64,000 nt of DNA, taken from Nitrospirae bacterium 13_2_20CM_2_62_8 (GTDB lineage: Bacteria; Nitrospirota; Nitrospiria; Nitrospirales; Nitrospiraceae). The stretch lies in the NCBI GenBank assembly GCA_001914955.1, contig MNDM01000034.1:1-64000 (forward strand). Reading direction: 5' to 3'. Shown piece by piece: positions 41,184 through 49,341 of the stretch. Made by a program: the position numbers and the translations under genes. Under the pieces are notes generated by a model. That model was not told where the DNA came from, made no database searches, and saw only the letters and a list, made by a program, of their open reading frames with translations. The first letter of the stretch is position 1, and every line of letters starts with the position of its first letter.

Positions 41184-42716
41184 GTGGACGACCACCGTAC
41201 CCCTTCCCAGCCCGACCCAGCGGAGAACCCTGCTCTCCAACCTATTCTCATCCATGACAAATCCCTTCCCGGTAAGATCGGCGAGGGCTCCGAAGCCCGG
41301 GATGTTCTCGACCAGCAGATTTTGGTCCTGGGGGCGCAGCTGGTCAACCAGCTCCACATTCTCTTGAAGACGATCCGCATCCACGAGCGGACCAACGCCG
41401 CGGTGAATCAAGTCGTTGATGCGACGGTGACGACGGTCAAGACGCTTGCACGAGACAACCCCGTCGTCATTCGCCTCCAGAACGATTTTCTCTATCTCGG
41501 TGACGCGCATCTAAAAATGGGCCCTCAACAGGTGGCCATCTTTCTCGAATTCATCGACAGCCTCAACGCACGAGGTATCGCAGCGATCTCGTTCAGCGCC
41601 GAGATGAGAGAAACGGACTTGCGCGAGTTCGCCTACCAATTCATCAGCGTTGATCCCGCTACGTGCACCTTTGATGACCTGAAGCGTCAGTTGAAGGAGG
41701 GGGAGATCCACGGGATCGACATCGAAGAGGCCACCTCCCTGATGGTCCGGGTGGGCCAGAAAAACAAACAGCTCAAGAACCTGGCTAAGCAACTCTATGT
41801 CAAGGCGGTCGGGGCTGTCGGAGAAGTGCTGCAGAGTATCAGGGAGGGCCGCGCGCCCAACTTTCGACGAGCGAAGCGTGTGGTCCAGAGTATCGTGGAT
41901 GTGATTCTGCAGGACGAGCCGACCCTCCTCGGGCTGACCACGTTGCGCTGCTACGACGAATACACCCATAACCATTCGGTCAATGTGTCCCTGCTTTCCG
42001 TCGCCCTGGGTAACCGCGCAGGCTATCCCAGGGAGGCGCTGGTCGACCTTGGGTTGGCCGCGCTGTTTCATGATCTGGGCAAGGCGTCCATTCCGCAGGA
42101 CATCCTGAACAAGTCCGAGGAATTTACCGATGAAGATTGGGCAAAGTTGCGAATCCATGCGACCCTGGGAGTGATCAACCTCATTCGCCTGCGCGGACTC
42201 ACCAACCTTCCCGGCAGAATGGCCGCGGCGGCGTTTGAGCACCACCTGAATTATGATCTGTCCGGGTATCCCACGCTCAGCATGCCATGGGAGGTCTCGC
42301 TCACGGGCCGCATCCTGATGGTGGCCGATTGCTACGACTCCATGACGTCCTCGCGCGTCTACCGGCGCGATCCCATCGCTCCGAACAAGGTCCTCACCAT
42401 GATGTTTGCAAAGAGCGGGATCTTATATGATCCGGTGCTGTTGAAACTCTTTGTCAACTGCGTGGGAATCATCCCGATCGGGTGCCTTACGCTCCTCGAC
42501 AGCCACGAGCTGGCGGTCGTCATCCGGCCGAGCGCAAACCGGCAGACCGCGACCCGACCTTACGTGAAATTGATCAGCGATCGCAGCGGGCGTCCGATCG
42601 AGGGGCCTGAAGTGGATCTGGCAGAGAAGGATGCGGATGGGCGGTTCAAACGCAGCGTGGTCCGCCTCGTAGACAACACGGAGTATCGTTTCGACACAGG
42701 TCGGTACTTTGCGTAG
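41184..42716 (+). CDS. HD-GYP domain phosphodiesterase with an N-terminal DUF3391-like domain
   Basis: HD motifs HNHSVNVSLLSVALG, HDLGK, and the GYP-region ADCYDSMTSSRVYR. GTG start at ~41184 with AAGGA 7 nt upstream. It overlaps or abuts the HEAT-repeat gene stop. Confidence 0.8.
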   Translation: MDDHRTPSQPDPAENPALQPILIHDKSLPGKIGEGSEARDVLDQQILVLGAQLVNQLHILLKTIRIHERTNAAVNQVVDATVTTVKTLARDNPVVIRLQNDFLYLGDAHLKMGPQQVAIFLEFIDSLNARGIAAISFSAEMRETDLREFAYQFISVDPATCTFDDLKRQLKEGEIHGIDIEEATSLMVRVGQKNKQLKNLAKQLYVKAVGAVGEVLQSIREGRAPNFRRAKRVVQSIVDVILQDEPTLLGLTTLRCYDEYTHNHSVNVSLLSVALGNRAGYPREALVDLGLAALFHDLGKASIPQDILNKSEEFTDEDWAKLRIHATLGVINLIRLRGLTNLPGRMAAAAFEHHLNYDLSGYPTLSMPWEVSLTGRILMVADCYDSMTSSRVYRRDPIAPNKVLTMMFAKSGILYDPVLLKLFVNCVGIIPIGCLTLLDSHELAVVIRPSANRQTATRPYVKLISDRSGRPIEGPEVDLAEKDADGRFKRSVVRLVDNTEYRFDTGRYFA

Positions 42717-42968
42717 CGCACCTCACTGTGCTCATCCGCGTACATCTGTTTTCCCCTGAGAAGTCTGCGCCGGCTCTTCCACCCAGCCGCGCCGTCCAGG
42801 GCGCCTCGATCGCGCCGACCATCACCAAACCGGTCCCATCGGGTTCACGAGACCGAGGCGTGCCGGAGCAGGGCGTGGCTTCCTGAACAACAAGGGCGGG
42901 GCAGCTTGATGCTGTCCCGCCCTGTGAAGTGAACCAGTTGCTGTTTCAAGCCTCGACCGGTAGGCCTG

Positions 42969-43562
42969 TCACCCGCCGTGGCGCCGCTCCCGACGATCGT
43001 GGCGGAGGTTCTGCCGATCGTGACGGGCATTCTCCCGATCGTGGCGGAGCTCTTGCCGGTCATGATGCATCTCTTGGCGATCCTGCCGAATTTCCTCTGG
43101 GCCGGCTCCTGACCGCAGGTCCTTTCGCAGCTCCCGCCGGTCGTCGCGCAGTTCTCGACGATCGTCGCGGAGTTTCTCCATGTCGCGGCGAAGGTCCTGT
43201 CGATCTTCCCGGATATCACGCATCTCCCGACGACCCCCTCTCGGGTCATCTCTCAGGTCTCGCCGATCCTGGCGGAGGTCCTGCCGGTCATTGTGCATCT
43301 CTCGCCGATCGTCGCGGATCTCTCTCCTATCCTCCTGGAGCTGCTCGGGATTGGCCCCTGATCGCAGATCCTCTCGGAGCTCCCGCCTGTCTTCGCGCAG
43401 CTCGCGGGGGTCCTGCCGCAACTCGTCGCGATCCTGCCGGATCTCCTGTCGGTCGCCAACGATTTCCTCACTCGGAGGAGTGGTCTGCGCCGGGGCGTTC
43501 CCGCTGAGGCAGATCATCACGAAAAGCGCGGCCCCACCGATGGTGAACAGTTGTCGCTTCAT
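42969..43562 (-). CDS. Secreted, highly charged heptad-repeat protein (DRRELRD-type repeats, internally duplicated, His-rich C-terminus)
   Basis: ATG at 43562 with a GGGAGG RBS and signal peptide MKRQLFTIGGAALFVMICLSGNAPAQT. After that it is almost entirely D/E/R/L repeats arranged as two ~45-aa copies. Confidence 0.55.
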   Translation of the reverse strand: MKRQLFTIGGAALFVMICLSGNAPAQTTPPSEEIVGDRQEIRQDRDELRQDPRELREDRRELREDLRSGANPEQLQEDRREIRDDRREMHNDRQDLRQDRRDLRDDPRGGRREMRDIREDRQDLRRDMEKLRDDRRELRDDRRELRKDLRSGAGPEEIRQDRQEMHHDRQELRHDRENARHDRQNLRHDRRERRHGG

Positions 43563-43799
43563 TGGATCCTCCCTTTGTCCATAACCGATCGCTTGCGCTG
43601 CTGGGCACCCTCTCATAGACAGCTTGTGTCCATGGGTATCGCTCCTGACAAGTATAGTCGCTGGCTGGATAACGTCAAATCGAGGCCTCCTCCTGGCAGA
43701 GCTAAGTCATTGGCGGAGCACGCTTTTGATTGTTCTTCCGACGCGGGTGTCTTGATTTCGAGAGAGCACTACATCGGCACACTCAGGTCTTCACAAACC

Positions 43800-44042
43800 T
43801 CAATTCAACTTCGGTCTCCGGCGGCCTCTCTCCAGCACCCACGGACCTTCGAGCAGGAAGTCCACGAAGTCTCTTGCTCCGTTGTACGCCCGCTCGAGGT
43901 TCCGATTGCTTCCCTTGTAAACCCCGCGGTCAGCCAAGGCCTGGCGAAATTCCTTCAGCGCGGTTTCCAAGACTTTCTTCATCGGCGGCTCGCTGATCGG
44001 AGCCAACCGGAATTTCCCTTTGCTAAGGCTACCGCTCGTCAT
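43800..44042 (-). CDS. Small hypothetical protein
   Basis: This 60-80-aa ORF has no recognised features. Confidence 0.25.
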   Translation of the reverse strand: MTSGSLSKGKFRLAPISEPPMKKVLETALKEFRQALADRGVYKGSNRNLERAYNGARDFVDFLLEGPWVLERGRRRPKLN

Positions 44043-44149
44043 CGGTCCACCTCACAGAGTTGCCGCACGGTCTCGACCGGCTGAACCTACGCATAGCAAC
44101 CATAGCCGCAAGGACTCGGGCACCCACCTTCTTGTTTTCTTTACCCTGC

Positions 44150-44600
44150 CTAGGGCGGGTGAATCGGGTGGCATGCGTCCCGGAGCGGACTTAACCGGAG
44201 GAGCGGGGAACCCACCGAGACTCTGCTGGGAAGGAAAGCTGGAACTGACCAAGGCACCGCGGTCATCACCCCTTGCACTTGAAGGACAACGGGTGTCGCG
44301 GCTCCGCATCCGCATATCTTAGCGGGCAGGAGGGCAGGCGACCTCAGACTGCGCGCGTCATCACCCGTTGCAATCTGAAAAGCAACGGGTACCCGGCACA
44401 CCCTCCACCTTATTTCCCAGGAGGCGGGTGGCTGGGCTGGCCTTTACTGCGCGCGTCCACCGAGCACTCCATCCGCCTAGGCCCTGAACTAATAAGTCCT
44501 GAGTGCGCGGTGCGCGAGCACGGGGGATTAGCCTGGGCGCCCCGTCGCTCCCCATCCCTCCCTCACCTGGCGGCCACTCTTCGTATTATCACCTGCCCCG
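44150..44600. repeat. Composite repeat region: partial copy of the MITE-like family (44215-44255) plus copy 2 of the ~300-bp hairpin-rich family (two tandem hairpin units)
   Basis: Hairpins at 44264-44295 and 44359-44391 match the 36689-36720 hairpin, and the shared block gggcagg...cctcagactgcgcgcgtc is also present. The sequence ctgctgggaaggaaagctggaactgac matches ctttgccgggaaggaaagcggaaactgac at 45612-45640. Confidence 0.5.
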
Positions 44601-45516
44601 CCCGCTCGACCACCTCATAGGCTTGGCCCGGCTCGGTCCGTAGCCGCTCGGTGCGGATGCGGACCGTGAACCCACGAGCCGTATAGCTGGCTGCATGGGT
44701 GCGAAGATGGCTGACCAGCCATCGCGTCAACGCGCTCCTCTCCACCGGCAGACGATCGCTACCTGAGAAGCCCAGCGGGACGACCCGATGGTACCCGAAG
44801 TGCTCCTGGTCCAGTTGAAGGTACTCAAAGCCAACCTCACGGTCCGCAAGCTGAAGCACGCGTGCTCCAATTTGGGCGGCATTGGCGAACGTCTCGAAGC
44901 GGGCGAGCGGGATCTCCTGCGAGGGTCTTGCAGCATCAGCCAGGAACAACGCGACGGCCATCGCCCCGATCGCCGCCAGCGCCATAAACGCATCTCCCAC
45001 GCGGGCCAACGCCCCGTGCTTCCCGATCCGCAGTGCCCGCCCCCCTACCCAGCCGAAGACGGCCAACGCCACCAGCCCCAAGCCCAAGAAGAGCCGATGC
45101 AACGTCCCTTGTGGCGCAAGGGCCCCTGTGCCGGCCACGACCCAGACCGAAAGAAGCAGAAAGACGGCGCTCCCGAGCAGGTGACCTCCCCACCTGACCT
45201 GTCGCGGGATTATCCCCTGCCAACTGCATAGAGAAGCAGTCCAGAATCGGACGATCCAGGGAATCCCGAGATCTTCTTCGCACTGGCCACACACTCGGCC
45301 CGACACAAGCGTTCGGGTTCCGCATCGGCCACAGGTCATCACCCAATGCCGTTCCATCCCTAGGCGCATGATTTGGTACTCCATCCAGACTCGCCAGATG
45401 GGAACCAACACCACGACTCCCAGGAGGGTCAGGCCCCCGCAATAGAACAGCCAAGAGACTGGCGAAAGTGACGGGCCGAAGCTCTGCTCGATATTCTGGA
45501 AAATCAATCGCAGCAT
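44563..45516 (-). CDS. Hypothetical membrane protein with an internal zinc ribbon (CGRCG...CGQC)
   Basis: I chose the internal start MLRLIFQN (45516), because the longer ORF overlaps the repeats. It has ~5 TM segments and a soluble C-terminal domain. Confidence 0.45.
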   Translation of the reverse strand: MLRLIFQNIEQSFGPSLSPVSWLFYCGGLTLLGVVVLVPIWRVWMEYQIMRLGMERHWVMTCGRCGTRTLVSGRVCGQCEEDLGIPWIVRFWTASLCSWQGIIPRQVRWGGHLLGSAVFLLLSVWVVAGTGALAPQGTLHRLFLGLGLVALAVFGWVGGRALRIGKHGALARVGDAFMALAAIGAMAVALFLADAARPSQEIPLARFETFANAAQIGARVLQLADREVGFEYLQLDQEHFGYHRVVPLGFSGSDRLPVERSALTRWLVSHLRTHAASYTARGFTVRIRTERLRTEPGQAYEVVERAGQVIIRRVAAR

Positions 45517-45565
45517 CGGAAGAGCGCTAGAAGCCTTCGGTCGGAAGGGATGAGCACGGAGGCGT

Positions 45566-45745
45566 GGGGTGGGGAAGAGATCAGAGCGACTTTGCCGAAG
45601 GGGTGGGGGTCCCCATCGAGGCTTTGCCGGGAAGGAAAGCGGAAACTGACTGAGTCCTCGAAGGAATTTCCGAAGGTTTCCGCCCGGCAAAGCCCGATAG
45701 GGTCACCCCGAGAGGCACGGAAGCGATTGATCTCTTCCCCACCCC
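45566..45745. mobile_element. MITE-like ~180-bp element bounded by perfect 18-bp terminal inverted repeats
   Basis: ggggtggggaagagatca at 45566-45583 and its exact reverse complement tgatctcttccccacccc at 45728-45745. An inner stem ggctttgccggg / cccggcaaagcc lies inside. It has no ORF, sits exactly intergenic, and a related partial copy is at ~44215-44255. Confidence 0.45.
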
Positions 45746-45748
45746 GCA

Positions 45749-48712
45749 TCATCCCTTAATGTTCCCGATCGGCCGCAGCTCCGCTATTTTTTTGGTGATC
45801 CCCGCCCGCTCCACCGTCTCCACCACATCCGAAATCGGCTTATAGGCAAATCCGGCTTCTTCAGCCAGGCCCGACATCGACACCGCCTTCACGAGAATGC
45901 CGCGCTTCTCCATCTCCTTCTGGAGCTGCTCCCCGCGAACCGACCGCTTGGCCTGAGCCCGCGACATCGTCCGGCCGGACCCATGCATCGTGGAGCCAAA
46001 CGTGTCGCGCATCGCCCGGTCCGTCCCCACCAACAGGTAGGAGCCGGTCTCCATCGAGCCTCCGCAGATCACCGGTTGGCCAGTCTTCCGGTAGCGCTCC
46101 GGCAGCTCCGGGCGGCCCGGCCCGAATGCCCGCGTGGAGCCCTTCCGGTGAACCACCAGCTCGCCCTCCTGGTATCGTTCCACCTTGGCGATGTTGTGCG
46201 CCACGTCGTATATGATCTCCATCCCGAGCGACTCGGCGGACCGCTCGAAGACCGCACTGAACGCCTCCCGGATCTGGTGCGTGATCACCTGCCGGTTGGC
46301 GAACGCGGAGTTGGCGGCGCAGTTCATCGCCGCGAAGTAGTCCTGGCCCTCCGGAGACCGGAACGGCGCGCAGGCCAGTTGCTGATCCTTCACCGTAATG
46401 CCGTACCGCCGCATGGCTTTCTCGAACACCTTGAGAAAATCGCTGGCTACCTGGTGGCCGAAACCGCGGGACCCGCAGTGGACCATCACCACGATCTGAT
46501 CGTGGCCGGTGATCCCGAGCGCCGCCGCTGTCACGGGGTCAAAGATCCGGTCGTTGGCGGCGACCTGCACCTCCAGGTAATGGTTGCCGGACCCCAGCGT
46601 GCCGAGCTGATGGATCCCCCGCGCCACCGCGTAGTCGCTCACCTTCGAGGGGTCCGCTCCCGGAATGCAGCCCCGCTCTTCGATGCAGGAGAGATCCTCG
46701 TTCCATCCGTAGCCGTGCTCCACGCACCACCGAGCCCCCTTCTTCATGACCTCTTCAAACTCGGGGCGATTCAGCCGAACAAAGCCCTTCGAGCCGACGC
46801 CGGCCGGGACTTTACGGAATAACTCGGTCATGAGCTGTTCCATCCGCGGCTGCACATCCGTCAGCGTCAGGTCGGTCCGAATGAGGCGCATCCCGCAGTT
46901 TGAGACCACGAACCCATTGGCAATGAAATTGTGATGCGCATCCAGGACGGTCAGGTCATAGACCGGTCCGACATGGTCAATCTTCTCCTTGTGAATAATC
47001 GCCTCCCAGACTTGGCCGGTCTTCCCCAGGCCCACTGTCTTTTGTTTGAGGAATTCTAAGAAACCTGGGAACGACGTGCCAATCCTGACATCGGTTTGCC
47101 GGCCTTCCCATAGGCTGCGGGCGACAAAGCGTTCATTCACATGCCGTGAGCCAATAGCGGCCGTAATCGTCTTCAGCGTGGCGCCAGTGGCCTTTCTCAT
47201 CGAACGCGCTGTCTCGATACTGGCCGCTCGCTCTTGCAGCACCGTCGTCTTCATCTTGAGATACTGAACCGCGACACTAGCTAAATATTGTTTGCGCTGG
47301 TTGTAGTCGTACCCGATCCGGCTCCAGAGTCGAATGAGGTTCTCCGGTTCTGACGATATTTGGAGGCGCAAACGGACCGAGAGGCTTCCATCCTTATTGC
47401 TGTATTCATCCCGTTCGGCCAGCATGGTGCTCTCAATCTCAAACTCCCGGAGCCATCCCTGAACCTCCTGGAGAAAGCGCCGTCCACTCTCAACAACCCC
47501 CTCACGCTTGTTGAGAGACAACACCGACCCAAAGAAATTGTACTGGTGACCGGTCACCGACTGTGGACTGGTCAGCTCAGCGCCAAAGAAAGCCCCGAGA
47601 TAGAGTCGCTTCATCCAGAGCGGCCCCTTGTTGAGCCACTCTGGCAGCTCGAAGTCTTTCGCCGCTTTGTTCCCTTTCGTCGTCCCCAAACCCGCCAGGA
47701 GCAACGCTAAGGCAGAGGATCTAACATGGACAGACGCCTCTATTCTGGTAAAGCGGCTCTTACCGTAACGCGTGACGATCTCGTGTGTTCGGGTTCGCTC
47801 ATAGGTCCGCGATGCCAGGAATCCGATCCTCTCGATGTCCCTGCGGATCATCGCCAGGTCAACCGGCTCACCGTAAAGACCAATCTGCGCGCGCCCTGCG
47901 TCTTCTAACTGAAGGTGCCCATCTCCCTGGATGAATCCCATCAGCCGGATCAGATACGGAAGAGCGGGGTTGTCCATCGTCAGTGGCACCAGATTTCGCT
48001 CCTTCAACGCCTTCAGGCATTGAGCTAAGCCGTTCTGGCTTCCAGGGTAGTAGCTGGCCAAGTCGGCCTTCGTGAGCAAGACCTCCGATCCAGGAGCTTT
48101 GTAGGGGACCCCTTCGAAGGGATAGACAGACACGGCGTCCCCCAGAGCAAGATCTTCGAGAGGAACCATACCCCGGTTCGTCAGAAATGGATGGTCGGCC
48201 GTGGCCACAACCTGCCGACCCGATTCAGTCGTCAAACGGAAGACCGGAGACCTCGCAGTCTTACACATGAACGCGCCGATCTCCGCGTTCCCAATCCCCC
48301 TGGAGTCGTTAGCACAGGCAACTCTTTCCGCTTTCCAGGCTCGGTCGAACGCCCTAATCGGCCGTCTGAATCCATGTTCATGGAGAACTTGAGCATCACC
48401 ATCAAGGCAGTTGATATCGTAGCCGACGCCACCGGGCGAGATGACTCCGTTTCGAGGATCGAACGCCGCCACGCCGCCGATCGGAAATCCGTAGCCCCAA
48501 TGCCCATCCGGCATGCAGAGCGCGTAGCGCTGGATGCCGGGCAAGCAGGCTACATTCGTCACCTGCTCGAACACGCCCGCGTCCATCCCGACCAGGATGG
48601 GCTCGGTCGCGTAGATCCGGGCCGGCACCAACATCCCCTCTTTGGCGGATGTCGGAATCTCCCAGATCTCCTCCGTCACCCGGTTGACCGGCATCGTGGT
48701 CTGCAGTTTCAC
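45749..48712 (-). CDS. rtcB: RNA-splicing ligase RtcB interrupted by an in-frame intein (exteins 45749-46897 and 48410-48712)
   Basis: The N-extein ends ...GGVGYDIN and the C-extein resumes CGMRLIRTDL..., which restores the conserved RtcB metal-binding motif GYDINCGMRL. The C-terminal extein carries the RtcB core (HNIAKVERY..., GSMETGSYLL). Confidence 0.85.
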   Translation of the reverse strand: MKLQTTMPVNRVTEEIWEIPTSAKEGMLVPARIYATEPILVGMDAGVFEQVTNVACLPGIQRYALCMPDGHWGYGFPIGGVAAFDPRNGVISPGGVGYDINCLDGDAQVLHEHGFRRPIRAFDRAWKAERVACANDSRGIGNAEIGAFMCKTARSPVFRLTTESGRQVVATADHPFLTNRGMVPLEDLALGDAVSVYPFEGVPYKAPGSEVLLTKADLASYYPGSQNGLAQCLKALKERNLVPLTMDNPALPYLIRLMGFIQGDGHLQLEDAGRAQIGLYGEPVDLAMIRRDIERIGFLASRTYERTRTHEIVTRYGKSRFTRIEASVHVRSSALALLLAGLGTTKGNKAAKDFELPEWLNKGPLWMKRLYLGAFFGAELTSPQSVTGHQYNFFGSVLSLNKREGVVESGRRFLQEVQGWLREFEIESTMLAERDEYSNKDGSLSVRLRLQISSEPENLIRLWSRIGYDYNQRKQYLASVAVQYLKMKTTVLQERAASIETARSMRKATGATLKTITAAIGSRHVNERFVARSLWEGRQTDVRIGTSFPGFLEFLKQKTVGLGKTGQVWEAIIHKEKIDHVGPVYDLTVLDAHHNFIANGFVVSNCGMRLIRTDLTLTDVQPRMEQLMTELFRKVPAGVGSKGFVRLNRPEFEEVMKKGARWCVEHGYGWNEDLSCIEERGCIPGADPSKVSDYAVARGIHQLGTLGSGNHYLEVQVAANDRIFDPVTAAALGITGHDQIVVMVHCGSRGFGHQVASDFLKVFEKAMRRYGITVKDQQLACAPFRSPEGQDYFAAMNCAANSAFANRQVITHQIREAFSAVFERSAESLGMEIIYDVAHNIAKVERYQEGELVVHRKGSTRAFGPGRPELPERYRKTGQPVICGGSMETGSYLLVGTDRAMRDTFGSTMHGSGRTMSRAQAKRSVRGEQLQKEMEKRGILVKAVSMSGLAEEAGFAYKPISDVVETVERAGITKKIAELRPIGNIKG
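46898..48409 (-). mobile_element. Intein (~504 aa) with a LAGLIDADG homing endonuclease domain, inserted in rtcB
   Basis: Block A CLDGDAQVLHEHG; block B TADHPFLT; LAGLIDADG motifs LIRLMGFIQGDGHL and LYLGAFFGAELT; blocks F/G VYDLTVLDAHHNFIANGFVVSN, followed by the +1 Cys. Confidence 0.8.
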
Positions 48713-48888
48713 TTTCCGCGCTCCTTCTTCACACTCCTAAGCTCGAATCCGAGGTAACTAGGCAATGAACCTTTCCTCGATGAGCGGGTGGCGCCGACCT
48801 GGGGCCCGGTCGCCCGCAGCGGGGTCCCCACACCGGGCGGGGTGCGAGGACGACCGGGCTGGTTGGCGACAGGACCCGCTGATTCGGC

Positions 48889-49341
48889 TTAGATATCCAG
48901 CACCACCCTCGCCGTCCATCGTCCACCATCACAGTCATCATCGCGGCGAACCTCGTAGAGGTGCTTGGTGACGGCTTTCACATCGGAGCGCAATTCGTGG
49001 CGGCCGGGATCGATCGGTTCCCCCGTCAAGACACCGCGCAGTGTCCAGCCGCCATGGGGTCGGCCCTCGGTGACGACCGCCGTGGCCTCTCGAAAGACCA
49101 CCCCCTCGGCATCCTTGAGGTACACGATGTCCGACAACCAGTCGAAGAGCAACGAGGCGAGCTCGGGGGCCTGATGCGTGATCTCCCGGCGCCAGCCTGC
49201 CGAGACCGTCCCCGGATTGACCATCGTCTCGATGACCGCCTGAGCCGCCGCCACGAACAGTTCGGAAGGAGAATCGCCGCTGGCTTCAAAGGCGGAGTCG
49301 GCCAGGGCCACCTCTTCGAGAAATCGGAACTCCCGGGTCAT
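48889..49341 (-). CDS. Archease (RtcB activator)
   Basis: FRFLEEVALADSAFEASGDSPSELFVAAAQAVIETM...KAVTKHLYEVRRDDDCDGGRWTARVVLDI is the archease fold signature. It lies directly upstream of rtcB. Confidence 0.8.
   Translation of the reverse strand: MTREFRFLEEVALADSAFEASGDSPSELFVAAAQAVIETMVNPGTVSAGWRREITHQAPELASLLFDWLSDIVYLKDAEGVVFREATAVVTEGRPHGGWTLRGVLTGEPIDPGRHELRSDVKAVTKHLYEVRRDDDCDGGRWTARVVLDI

Noticed and set aside
36640-44600. CRISPR array
   Set aside because: The hairpin unit occurs only three times with irregular spacing (one copy at 36.7 kb, two copies 89 nt apart at 44.3 kb) and the units are imperfect. No cas genes are present, so this does not meet CRISPR repeat-spacer regularity.
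45517-45690. N-terminal extension of the 375-aa membrane-protein ORF
   Set aside because: It runs through the TIR-bounded MITE-like element and is Pro/Arg-rich. The internal Met at 45516 gives a sensible membrane-protein N-terminus.
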